Assembly: GCA_963664875.1 (NCBI GenBank)
Contig: OY761611.1
Location: forward strand, 736,001-800,000
Direction of reading: 5' to 3'
Length of the DNA: 64,000 nucleotides
Source of the DNA: Candidatus Kapaibacterium sp.
GTDB lineage: Bacteria; Bacteroidota; Ignavibacteria; Kapaibacteriales; UBA2268
The notes under the pieces are model-generated. The model made no database searches and was not told the origin of the DNA. It was given only the letters and a program-made list of their open reading frames with translations. The stretch's first letter is position 1. The number at the start of each line of letters is the position of its first letter. The position numbers and the translations under genes were made by a program. Shown here piece after piece: positions 52,228 through 62,027 of this stretch.

Positions 52228-52254
52228 TGAAACCTTTTCAATCTCTCAGCGTAA
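52228..52254 (+). promoter_or_regulatory. Putative ECF-sigma promoter
   Basis: TGAAAC-N16-CGTAA upstream of ATG 52333. Confidence 0.5.
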
Positions 52255-52332
52255 TCTTATTTGAAGTTTATTTTATTTGGCATTCGCTTTTTCCGGGGTG
52301 TTTGACTTTTAAAATAAACAAAGGGATTCGTC

Positions 52333-54564
52333 ATGAAGCTGAAAAAGCTGCTTATTGTTGCGTTGCTTTCATTGTCTTTGATAGCAATGGAACTAATTTG
52401 GACTCGCATATTTTCTGCAGAGTTTTTCTACACTTTCGCTTTTCTTATTATTTCAATTTCTATCCTTGGATTGGGGCTTGGTGGCTTGCTACTGAGGCTA
52501 TTTCGACCTCTTAGAAATCCAAAACTTCTCGGTGTTTATTTGACTGTTACCGCTATGCTGGGCGTAGTCAGTCCAATTGCTATTTTTCAAACAGGATTAG
52601 ATTTCAACCAAATATTCAATAGCTGGTCTATGCTTTGGAATTTGGTTGCAAACGTATTTATACTTGCTTCCGGCTTCATTGTCGGTGGTATGTCTCTAAG
52701 TCTTATTTTCCGCGAGGATAGCGGAGAAATGGACAAACTCTATATGGCAGATTTAATAGGAGCCGGTTCGGGAGTCTTAGTCGCTGTTTTACTAATGAAT
52801 ATTATAGGAACACCCGCTGCTGTTGCCTATATTTCTTTACCGGTTCTTATTGCTGCCGCATTGGCATATCCTAAATATGGGATTTTGAGGACACTCGCTT
52901 TTTTCTTTGCAATCGCCACATTGGCACCTAACATGGAAAACTATCTTCAAACTGAAAGAGAAGAAAGAGCTGAAGTAGAGTTTACGCATTGGGATGCAAT
53001 GGCAAAGCTAAAAGTCTATAATTTTGCAGAAAATTATAAGGGCTTAAACATCGACAATGTTGCTAATTCTCCGATGTTCCAATTTGACGGGAACTGGAAT
53101 CGCCCGGACTCTCTGAAGTTTCAATTCGGCATAGATGTCAAGTACCTTATCGATAAATACCATGACTGTACATTCCTATCACTTGGTGCAGGAGGTGGAA
53201 ATGATGTGCTGCAGGCTCTGCAATACGGTGCAAAAGAAATCCATGCGGTGGAAGTTAATCCTTATATCAACGAACTACTGAAATCAGGCAAGTATTCTGA
53301 CTTTACAGGCAATATATATAATGACCCGAGGGTAAGGGTTGTTAGCGAAGATGCGCGCTCTTATATCCGTAGATTTGAGAAAAAATTTGATGTGATATAT
53401 TCTCTAAGCTCTAACACATGGGCGGCTCTTAGTTCAGGTGCTTTTGCTCTTGCAGAAAACTATATCTTTACAAAAGAAGCTTATCAGGATTACTGGAATG
53501 CTTTATCTGAAGATGGTATAATGATGATGGAGCATCAGCTTTATATGCCTCGACTTCTTTCTGCCTGCAAAGAAGCCTTAGAAGACGAGGGAGTGAAAAA
53601 TCCCGAAAAGCATATTGCAGTTATCGGTTTGCCTGCTATGGGACGGAAAGCTCTATTGCTTTCTAAAAAAGCTATAACTAAGGACATATTGCAAAACGCT
53701 TTTTATCCAAATATGCTTCAATTTCCTCAGCATTTTCAGTTGCTTTTTCCAATACCCGATTCTGTGCCTCTAAATATTTATAAGCAAATCATGAAATATG
53801 GTTGGAAATCTGCTGCCGACACTGTCAAAATTGATATTAGCCCAAGCTATGACGATAAGCCTTTTGTAGCTCAGCTTGGTCTAATGAAAAACTTCACTTG
53901 GGAGCAGCTCGGCAAAAAACTGAACACTTACGACTTACTTCTTCAACCGCTCAGCAAGCTGATAATGCTCATTTTAATTGCTGTTGTACTGTTAATAATG
54001 GTTCCGATTAACTTACTGCCTTATTTGAAATACGGAAAACAGTTCCCATTCAGCTCATGGCTATATTATTTTATGATTGGTATGGGTTTTATGGGAGTAG
54101 AGGCTATACTGATACAAAAATATTCTTTGTTTCTCGGTGCATCGGTTTACAGCGTAGCAACTATTCTTCTTTCTTTGCTTATTTCATCAGGTATAGGAGC
54201 TGCATTCTCCGATAAATTTGAATACAAACATATTTTTATGGCTATAGTTGGGTTTATAGTTATAGACTCTATGGTGTATTCTCAATTAATTTATCTTTTA
54301 GGAGATTTGTCTCTGACTTTACGTATAGTGTTAACTGTGTTTTTTATGGCTCCGCTGGGCTTTTTTATGGGAATGCCATTCCCAAAAATGAGTAAAAAAG
54401 TCGGAAATTTTGTTGATTGGGGCTTTTCTGTAAACGGTGCGGCTTCTATGCTTGGTTCTACCCTTATGGTGCTGGTATCTTTTGATTTAGGCTTCAATAA
54501 TTCTCTACTTATAGCGTCTATGTTTTACGTAATCGCTTATTTGTTAACAAACCGCTACAAGTGA
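52333..54564 (+). CDS. Membrane protein with a central spermidine-synthase-like/SAM-binding domain
   Basis: N- and C-terminal multi-TM blocks; central LGAGGGND, AVEVNP, EDARSY, FDVI, ENYIFTKEA. Confidence 0.85.
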   Translation: MKLKKLLIVALLSLSLIAMELIWTRIFSAEFFYTFAFLIISISILGLGLGGLLLRLFRPLRNPKLLGVYLTVTAMLGVVSPIAIFQTGLDFNQIFNSWSMLWNLVANVFILASGFIVGGMSLSLIFREDSGEMDKLYMADLIGAGSGVLVAVLLMNIIGTPAAVAYISLPVLIAAALAYPKYGILRTLAFFFAIATLAPNMENYLQTEREERAEVEFTHWDAMAKLKVYNFAENYKGLNIDNVANSPMFQFDGNWNRPDSLKFQFGIDVKYLIDKYHDCTFLSLGAGGGNDVLQALQYGAKEIHAVEVNPYINELLKSGKYSDFTGNIYNDPRVRVVSEDARSYIRRFEKKFDVIYSLSSNTWAALSSGAFALAENYIFTKEAYQDYWNALSEDGIMMMEHQLYMPRLLSACKEALEDEGVKNPEKHIAVIGLPAMGRKALLLSKKAITKDILQNAFYPNMLQFPQHFQLLFPIPDSVPLNIYKQIMKYGWKSAADTVKIDISPSYDDKPFVAQLGLMKNFTWEQLGKKLNTYDLLLQPLSKLIMLILIAVVLLIMVPINLLPYLKYGKQFPFSSWLYYFMIGMGFMGVEAILIQKYSLFLGASVYSVATILLSLLISSGIGAAFSDKFEYKHIFMAIVGFIVIDSMVYSQLIYLLGDLSLTLRIVLTVFFMAPLGFFMGMPFPKMSKKVGNFVDWGFSVNGAASMLGSTLMVLVSFDLGFNNSLLIASMFYVIAYLLTNRYK

Positions 54565-54596
54565 TACATAACATCTCTACTCTATATGGTTAATAA

Positions 54597-54627
54597 AGCT
54601 GCTCTCCCCGCAAATGGAGGGCAGTTT
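54597..54627. terminator. Hairpin between convergent genes
   Basis: CTGCTCTCC/GGAGGGCAG stem. Confidence 0.55.
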
Positions 54628-54629
54628 CT

Positions 54630-55310
54630 TTATAGCTTATCTTTTCGTTTCATAACTGATAGTAGCTTTAGTAAAAGAGGAATCATGGCAATAACAAATG
54701 TTATTAGCGAAATAGGCGGCATAAATCCATACCAATAGATAATATTTGTCCATTTAGAAGCACCTAACACCGCAACATGCAGTGATACAAAAAATAAAGT
54801 TATATAGCCAAGCTGTTGAAATCTTCGAAATTTTGCTTCATTCATATTTTTTCTTACAGATGGCAAAGAACTGATACCGGGCATAATAATAGTAGAAAGT
54901 GCCAGCACACCAAACAAAATTATCAAATTGCCTTGCGTATTGAATTCCAATTCAGGGGTATAAATATCAGGGAATAATTCTGGAGTCAAAATTCTTAGAG
55001 AAAAAACGGCGTGTACCATTGCCATGATAAATCCCCATTGACCAAAATACTTTGGAGTATCCGATATGCTTTTTGCCCAATTCGCCCCTCGCTTTGAAAA
55101 ATATCCAATGGAATAAGATAATGCAATTGCCGAGAGTGCAGTCCATGCTAATGCTTTATTTAAAGTAAAGCTCGAAACAAAAAACCAATCCACTCCTCCG
55201 AATAAGTTATGCCTTAAAAGAGCATATACGAAGAAAAATACAAATAAACTCCAAAGTATCCTTTTGGCAACTATTTTATTTTTATCTATCTTGTGATTAT
55301 TGTTTTCCAT
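54630..55310 (-). CDS. Ferric-reductase-like (STEAP/MsrQ-type) heme-binding membrane protein
   Basis: Six TMs; LNKALA, KYFG..GF....H, SSLPSV, FQQLGY....LH, PP motifs. Confidence 0.78.
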   Translation of the reverse strand: MENNNHKIDKNKIVAKRILWSLFVFFFVYALLRHNLFGGVDWFFVSSFTLNKALAWTALSAIALSYSIGYFSKRGANWAKSISDTPKYFGQWGFIMAMVHAVFSLRILTPELFPDIYTPELEFNTQGNLIILFGVLALSTIIMPGISSLPSVRKNMNEAKFRRFQQLGYITLFFVSLHVAVLGASKWTNIIYWYGFMPPISLITFVIAMIPLLLKLLSVMKRKDKL

Positions 55311-55322
55311 TTTCCTAAACTA

Positions 55323-58300
55323 TTAAGGTTTCACCAAAAACTTCTTAGTTGAAGTAACTTCTTCGCTTCCGGCTTCTTGATATGTAATTCTATAAATATA
55401 AACTCCGGGCGTTATGTATGTACCGTTGATATCTTTGCCGTCCCATTTTTCACCACCGTTTCCGTCGTCTTCTTCTATAGAAATAACAAACTCACCATCT
55501 AATCTAAAAACATCTATTCTACATCGTGCAGGAAGCTCTGCAAAGTAAATATCCGGTCTCTGCCCTATTGCGATTGGGTTTGGATATACGTAAGCTTTTT
55601 CATCAGTATCTTCACTGGTGATTACAAACCCTAAAGAATTGCCTGCACCTTTTGTTATAGGTGTTCCGTCAGCAGCAATTACATCTCTCACTGTAAGTAA
55701 GTAATCTATGCCTTTTGCAGTTAGTCGTTTCGAAGAACTTAAAGCAAGCATAACCTGAGTAGAATCTGTCAAATCTCTTTCAGCAAAGCTTATTTCTCCG
55801 TCAGGTGATAAAGTATAATTAGCTACATCTAAAGCAGAAATATCATCTATAGGATGGCTGAATTTTACAAACAAAACACCCTGCGATAAAACTCTTAAAC
55901 TTTTCAGATACATTTCTTCTTCTGCAAATGGCAGGTCTTTTACAAGCTCTATACTCTTTTCAATAGAAGGCGAATTATAATAATCTTTAAACACACCTGA
56001 AGCAAAAGTATATGTTCCGTTTGGTATATCTTCAAAAAACGTAACAATAAGTATTGAATCAGATGTAGAAAGAACCTGCTGAATCTTATAATTATTTTCT
56101 CCATCTGAATCAAATAATGCAAAATCAAACGCATTGAGTCCTGATAGAGCTAATGCTCCACTATATTTTACATTAAGTGTCTTTTCTGTAAATACACCGA
56201 AAACAGGTTCAATCATCTGATGAGTGAAAACTGTTACTAAATCTGAATCTTCCAGCACTGACTCTGTATCAGTTAATGTCAAACTTACTGACTGGATAAC
56301 AAACTCGTAACTCGTGTTTGGCTGCAAAGTATCAATAGTAACATTCATCTGGTCAGTAACAGCTGTGAGAACAGCCTTAGCAGATTGGCTATCTCTAACT
56401 ATCCGATATATTTTGTAGTAATCTGCGTTTTTTGCTCTTTCCCATTTCAAATAGGCAGAAGTATCTGAAATAGCCCAACCTTCGAATCCGGTTGGAACAT
56501 CAGGCCCTTCATAGTTCGAGTCATATTCATAAAACACTGTCCTCGAAAAGTTGGAGAAGCCCAACTCATTTACACCGTTCTTATCAAAATCGTAAATCAC
56601 TGTAGCAACAGAATAAGCCGAAGGGTAATACCAAAGTGGAACTATTTTTTTCTGTAATGCATCCCAAGTAAAAGCATACAAATTAGGGAAAGTCGAGATA
56701 ACAAATTCTTCGCCTTTTTTATTATCAATATCACCCACAGACAAACCGTTTTTGTAGAAAGAATTTACACGAGGAATCTGTCCTGCTCTAATTTCAGTAA
56801 AGTTTTCTTCCCAAATAATTTGGTAGCCCTGTCCTTCACTGAATTTATATATTCTGTAATACCAGACATTACTGCCGGCATCATATTTCCCGTTTAAAGA
56901 GTAACTTCCGTAATTACCCATAACTATTTCAGGAGTGCCATCGCCATCAATATCACATTTTTGCATATAGACAGTATTAGGAAATATTGCTGTAGTGTCA
57001 ATATATTCAAACGAAAACTTTCCGCCATTATACTCATGTATATATAACCTGCCGTATGAGTCAGAATGAGCCAATTCAGCTTTTCCGTCATTGTCGAAAT
57101 CTGCAACCGCCATACCTAATGCAATAGATACTTTGAGGTATCTTGGGGGCACAACAGCTGTTGTTTTATACTTATACTCTCCATTGGCATACTGATAGAC
57201 AAAGTAAGAAGTGTCATTGTACATAATGATATCATCTTTCCCATCATTGTCAAAATCGTACATCCCGGCGGCCCACATTGTGTACATTTCATTCGATTTG
57301 AAAAGTGGCGAAGAAAAGTACTTCCCGTTACTTTCTTGGAATACCGAAGTTTTACCATAATTTGTAGCTATAAATTCTACTTTTCCGTCTCCGTTTGAGT
57401 CTCCTTTACCTACCACAGCCCAAGGGATTTCCGTTGAATCTACAGGTTGAAATTGATTGTTATCAAATACGACTGCTATAGTCTTATCATCAGCAAGATT
57501 TTCGCCATCATTGATAATAATACTTGGCTTTTCATTATTTGCAAAATCTGCAACAACATTAGACAAATAAGCCATTCTCGTAGAATATGATTTCATCACA
57601 AATTTGTCTTTTTGCATATTATAATTTTCAACAGAAAAAGCTTCAATCTTAGAAACTTTATTTCCGGCTCGATCGATGAGCTCAGCAATGACATTATAAT
57701 CTCCATCATGAAGACTGTCCAAAACAAAAAGATGATTTTGAGTCTCGCTGTCTGTATCTTTTATTTTAATTATGGACTTTAGCGAAGATTTGATTTCAAG
57801 TTCAGCAATCGTAGGACGATTCGTAGTTATGCTTATAAGTTTTACTCTTCTGTCTTCCTCATAACCATTTAAAATTCTAAAATCTGAAATAGCAGGTTTG
57901 CTATCCGAAGAAATCAAATCAAGAAATTTTCTCTGTTCTATAGTCTTGCCATTCTTCAATTTTACAACTAATCTGACAGTATAAGTAGTATCTTTGAAAT
58001 TACTCGGATTAAACTCTGATAGTATGCCATCTCTAATTTGTTCTTTGGCATTTTCATTTATAACAAACCATTCCTGCGGGAGAATTCCGTATCCTAAATA
58101 GACACTATATGAATCAAACAGTGGAGTTAAAACAGTTCCTTCCACTTGGTACTTTTCATAATTCTCTTTGATTATTCCTCCTTCAAACTTAGGAGAAGTA
58201 ATCTCTATCAAAGAAGGAGATTTTTCAAGTAAAGCAGCAGCTGCATCGAGAAATCCGGCTCCTGTATAAATGTCCCAACCATCACCTTTATAATCGAACG

Positions 58301-59534
58301 CAGAAGCCATAAGGACTGATTTTAGCTCTTTTGGAGAGTACTCCGGGTATTTTTCTTTCAGCAATGCCAAAGCAGCAGATATATGAGGAGCAGCAAGTGA
58401 TGTACCGCTTGTTTCTGTATAATCATTATTCACAGAGGTAGTATAAACCAAGGAACCGGGGGCACAAATATCTAATCGTGAACCATAATTTGATGCTCCA
58501 TAAAGATTGCCTTTGTCTGCAGTCCCTCCTACTGAAATAACTTCATCGTAGTCAGAAGGGTAATGACGGTAAAAAGAACCACTATTGCCTGAAGAGGCTG
58601 CAATTACTACCCCCATATCAAAAGCAAATCGAACAGCTGCCTCAACAAGCGGAGATTTTGTAGATTGTCCAAAACTAAAATTGAGTACATCTACACCATT
58701 CAAGGCTGCATACACTATCGCTCTTGCTATATCATCAGACTCACCATTTCCCGTTATGTCAAACGCACGAAGAGCCATAAGTTTGGAATCAAAAGCAAGT
58801 CCCTGCACACCCTCACCATTAACTCTTTGAGCAGCTATAACTCCGCTTACTTTAGTTCCATGATGATTTTCATCATTTGGTATCGGATCAATGGCTCTAT
58901 AATCTCCAACGTTTGCAACCGACTGATCAACAAAATCATAACCTATTACATCATCGATATAGCCGTTACCGTCCTCATCTTTGCCATTCAAATCACCATA
59001 GACGCCATCTATTTCCTCTTCGGAACTCCATGCATCAAATTTTCCGTTTCCGTTTAAGTCTTCTTTTGAATTGATCCAAATGCTATTCCGTAAATTTTTA
59101 TGCAGATAGTCTAAGCCCGTATCAACTACACCTACGACAATGCCTTTGCCTGTTGCATATTTCCATGCTTCAGGAGCATTGACCTGACTTAAAGCCCATT
59201 GTCCATCAATAGAAACTCCGGTTTGTTCAATTTGAAATATCACGTTTTCGTATATTTTATAAGATATATCAGAAGATTCTAAATTGCTTTTAAGCTCAGA
59301 GAGATTTTCACTTTCAACTATGTAGAAATTTTCCAATTCGTTGACAGATTGCTTTGCTGAAAGAGAAACATCACTTCTCTGCTTGAATTCTTTAAGAGTT
59401 TTAGAATCCAAAAACGATTTAGCAATTTGATTTGGTACCGCAGATTTGCCTTCTACCTTGATTATATAAGAATTAGAATTGGCGAAAAGAGGTAAAGAAG
59501 CAATCAGAAAAATCCATATATATCTTATCATCAT
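55323..59534 (-). CDS. Secreted S8 subtilisin-like protease with FG-GAP repeats, Fn3/Ig domains and C-terminal sorting domain
   Basis: Catalytic triad DTG, HGT, GTSLAAP; DFDNDG-type repeats; VYPNP...WDGKD..G...PGVYIY tail. Confidence 0.92.
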   Translation of the reverse strand: MMIRYIWIFLIASLPLFANSNSYIIKVEGKSAVPNQIAKSFLDSKTLKEFKQRSDVSLSAKQSVNELENFYIVESENLSELKSNLESSDISYKIYENVIFQIEQTGVSIDGQWALSQVNAPEAWKYATGKGIVVGVVDTGLDYLHKNLRNSIWINSKEDLNGNGKFDAWSSEEEIDGVYGDLNGKDEDGNGYIDDVIGYDFVDQSVANVGDYRAIDPIPNDENHHGTKVSGVIAAQRVNGEGVQGLAFDSKLMALRAFDITGNGESDDIARAIVYAALNGVDVLNFSFGQSTKSPLVEAAVRFAFDMGVVIAASSGNSGSFYRHYPSDYDEVISVGGTADKGNLYGASNYGSRLDICAPGSLVYTTSVNNDYTETSGTSLAAPHISAALALLKEKYPEYSPKELKSVLMASAFDYKGDGWDIYTGAGFLDAAAALLEKSPSLIEITSPKFEGGIIKENYEKYQVEGTVLTPLFDSYSVYLGYGILPQEWFVINENAKEQIRDGILSEFNPSNFKDTTYTVRLVVKLKNGKTIEQRKFLDLISSDSKPAISDFRILNGYEEDRRVKLISITTNRPTIAELEIKSSLKSIIKIKDTDSETQNHLFVLDSLHDGDYNVIAELIDRAGNKVSKIEAFSVENYNMQKDKFVMKSYSTRMAYLSNVVADFANNEKPSIIINDGENLADDKTIAVVFDNNQFQPVDSTEIPWAVVGKGDSNGDGKVEFIATNYGKTSVFQESNGKYFSSPLFKSNEMYTMWAAGMYDFDNDGKDDIIMYNDTSYFVYQYANGEYKYKTTAVVPPRYLKVSIALGMAVADFDNDGKAELAHSDSYGRLYIHEYNGGKFSFEYIDTTAIFPNTVYMQKCDIDGDGTPEIVMGNYGSYSLNGKYDAGSNVWYYRIYKFSEGQGYQIIWEENFTEIRAGQIPRVNSFYKNGLSVGDIDNKKGEEFVISTFPNLYAFTWDALQKKIVPLWYYPSAYSVATVIYDFDKNGVNELGFSNFSRTVFYEYDSNYEGPDVPTGFEGWAISDTSAYLKWERAKNADYYKIYRIVRDSQSAKAVLTAVTDQMNVTIDTLQPNTSYEFVIQSVSLTLTDTESVLEDSDLVTVFTHQMIEPVFGVFTEKTLNVKYSGALALSGLNAFDFALFDSDGENNYKIQQVLSTSDSILIVTFFEDIPNGTYTFASGVFKDYYNSPSIEKSIELVKDLPFAEEEMYLKSLRVLSQGVLFVKFSHPIDDISALDVANYTLSPDGEISFAERDLTDSTQVMLALSSSKRLTAKGIDYLLTVRDVIAADGTPITKGAGNSLGFVITSEDTDEKAYVYPNPIAIGQRPDIYFAELPARCRIDVFRLDGEFVISIEEDDGNGGEKWDGKDINGTYITPGVYIYRITYQEAGSEEVTSTKKFLVKP

Positions 59535-59543
59535 AATATCCGA

Positions 59544-60860
59544 TTATTTAACTAATAAATCACTTGGTAAAACGGGCATAGAAAGTAATTCTTTGAAAAG
59601 TTGCCATCTTTTTTCCGGCTTATTTTCAGTACCACCAAGGCTATTTATGTACTTATCCACCATATCCTGTCCAAGATTATAATTGATTACATAAGAGCGA
59701 TATGTATCAATAAAATCCATTAGTTTAGTAGCTCTAAGTTCAGATTGAAGTTGATACTTCATTTTAAAAGCTATAGCCTCTTCCCTTGTCATCTTGCCAT
59801 CTAAGTAAGCTCGAGCAGCATCATTTCCTGCGTATGTAAGTTTCGCTGCTATTTCCATTATCTCATAATATTTCTCAACTTCATTAGGATCGAACCCTGC
59901 CAATGGAAAAATAACATTCTTTTCAAATTCAATCCTCTCATTACCCGGGAATGCAGTTTTGATACCAAAATTAGCAGTCCCCTCAGAAATCAATGCCTGA
60001 GGACTAAAAAGAGGGTAAATCGAAAATTCGACCATGCCTTTCTCTTTAACCATATTTTTTTCGATGAGACTGTGGTATGCATGATGTCCCGGATAGCCCT
60101 CGTGGCAAGCCAAATCTACTGCTCTATCCACATAAATCGGCAGGTCCATATTAACTTCAATTAGACTAAAAGCATTGCCTTTAAACCAATTATAAGCTCC
60201 CCATGGTTTATCATTTACATACTCAACTTTGAAATTCTCCCCTGCCGGCAGAGTTAAATATTTTTCCGTCCTTTTTCTACCTTCAGCTATCGCAGCGTCA
60301 AACACAGCAGGAACTTTATCTTTAGGAACAATAAATTTATTTCTATATTCATTGAATCGTACGGCAATATCACCTTTGCCCGGCAATAAAGTATCTAATT
60401 CAGCGACTAACTTTGCATAATGCTCTTCCGGAAAAGTAGGAGACACTGCATCGTAAAGAGCCTTAGATTCTTCATCAAAGCTAATCTTTGAACCTTCCAG
60501 ATATTTAATGCGTGCAATCGCGGATTCTAACATCCTTTTGAGATATTTCACTCGTGATTCAATCTCAACTTTTTGCCAGTCATATTTCAAATTATTCAGC
60601 TCAACAATAAGCTGTTCTGCGGATTTTTTTATCTCTTTTAATGATAATTTGGAAGATAAAGCTGCTTTTTTAAGACTGTCCGGGCCAAAGTAAGCATCTA
60701 CATAATTTTCATCGTACTCGCCAATTTGAAAGATTACATTTACATACTGATTCGCGATTGAATTTAGCTGAGATTGAATATTTTCTTTAGGCTGCTCGCA
60801 AGACATTAGCAGAATTATAAATCCAATCATAAATATATATTTCATTTTAAATCTCTCCAA
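59544..60860 (-). CDS. DUF885-like lipoprotein (putative metallopeptidase)
   Basis: LMSC lipobox; HEGYPGHH, SEG, Y..G motifs; start may be 60845 (MKYIF). Confidence 0.75.
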   Translation of the reverse strand: MERFKMKYIFMIGFIILLMSCEQPKENIQSQLNSIANQYVNVIFQIGEYDENYVDAYFGPDSLKKAALSSKLSLKEIKKSAEQLIVELNNLKYDWQKVEIESRVKYLKRMLESAIARIKYLEGSKISFDEESKALYDAVSPTFPEEHYAKLVAELDTLLPGKGDIAVRFNEYRNKFIVPKDKVPAVFDAAIAEGRKRTEKYLTLPAGENFKVEYVNDKPWGAYNWFKGNAFSLIEVNMDLPIYVDRAVDLACHEGYPGHHAYHSLIEKNMVKEKGMVEFSIYPLFSPQALISEGTANFGIKTAFPGNERIEFEKNVIFPLAGFDPNEVEKYYEIMEIAAKLTYAGNDAARAYLDGKMTREEAIAFKMKYQLQSELRATKLMDFIDTYRSYVINYNLGQDMVDKYINSLGGTENKPEKRWQLFKELLSMPVLPSDLLVK

Positions 60861-61860
60861 TAATATTAACTTCTCTTTCTAATCTAATACCAAATAGATT
60901 TTCAACTTCATCTATTATCCTTTGCGACAAATTATATATATCTTTTCCGCTCGCATTACCATAATTAATAAGAATTAGAGCATGCTTTTCGGAAACACCT
61001 ACATCGCTGATTCGTGTGCCCTTCAAACCGGCTTTCTCTATTAACCAGGCGGCAGAAACTTTGTACGCATCTTCAAATACATACAATGGCACATTTGTGT
61101 ATTTTACCTTCAATTCTTCCGCAGTCTCAATTGAAACTATCGGATTCTTAAAGAAACTTCCGGCATTGCCGTAGTATCTATAATCAGGCAATTTATTTTC
61201 TCGTACTTGGCATATATAATCAAACAACTCAATCGGCGAAAAGTTCTTAGATTGGGCAAACTTTTCGCTCAACTCCTTATATTTTAGTATCGGTTGATAT
61301 TTTTTCTTCAATCTATATCGAACTGAAGTAATGATAAATCTATTTTTTAAAGAAGTTTTAAAGATAGAGCTACGATAGGAGAATTTACATTTCTCTTTTG
61401 AAAAAATGAGCGTTTCTGCTGTATCTCTTAAAACACCTGTCAGTGAGTCGAAACATTCTTCCTGTTCAATACCATAAGCACCTATATTTTGTACAGGAGC
61501 AGCTCCAACAGTACCCGGGATAAGTGCCAAATTTTCTAAACCATAATGTCCATGCTTAAGACATTCTTCAAGAAATTCATGCCAGATTACTCCTGCTCCA
61601 ACTTCAATTAAGACACTTTCGTCACTATCTTCAATAACTCTAAGTCCCTTAATATCATTTTTTATTGCATCACTATATTTATCATTGACATAGAGGATAT
61701 TTGAACCACTACCAATAATGAAAGCAGTTTCCGAGCAATCTTCGCTGTTTAGATAACGAATCACATCATCATGGGATTGGATTAAAACCATCTTATCAAG
61801 CTCAGCTTTTACACCAAAAGTATTAAACTGCTGCAAGTTTACATTTCTTAGTATTTTCAT
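60847..61860 (-). CDS. murB: UDP-N-acetylmuramate dehydrogenase
   Basis: NTFG, GSGSNIL, GLENLALIPGTVGAAPVQNIGAYG, GNAGSFFKNP, HALILIN; TATCTTTG on the minus strand at 61887-61894. Confidence 0.97.
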   Translation of the reverse strand: MKILRNVNLQQFNTFGVKAELDKMVLIQSHDDVIRYLNSEDCSETAFIIGSGSNILYVNDKYSDAIKNDIKGLRVIEDSDESVLIEVGAGVIWHEFLEECLKHGHYGLENLALIPGTVGAAPVQNIGAYGIEQEECFDSLTGVLRDTAETLIFSKEKCKFSYRSSIFKTSLKNRFIITSVRYRLKKKYQPILKYKELSEKFAQSKNFSPIELFDYICQVRENKLPDYRYYGNAGSFFKNPIVSIETAEELKVKYTNVPLYVFEDAYKVSAAWLIEKAGLKGTRISDVGVSEKHALILINYGNASGKDIYNLSQRIIDEVENLFGIRLEREVNIIGEI

Positions 61861-61937
61861 TACTTATTTGTGCTAATGTAAAAAAACAAAGATACAAATA
61901 TCACCCCTCTCTTTCTAATCCCAACACACCCTGGCAC

Positions 61938-61981
61938 AAAAAAAAGCCGGCACTTTATTTTTGAGGTAAAGTGCCGGCTTT
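61938..61981 (-). terminator. Strong intrinsic terminator
   Basis: Perfect 15-bp stem AAAGCCGGCACTTTA/TAAAGTGCCGGCTTT with a U-tract on the minus strand. Confidence 0.9.
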
Positions 61982-62027
61982 GGTGAGTTAGCGTTTGCTT
62001 CGTTTGGCAAATGCGGTGTTTTTTGGA

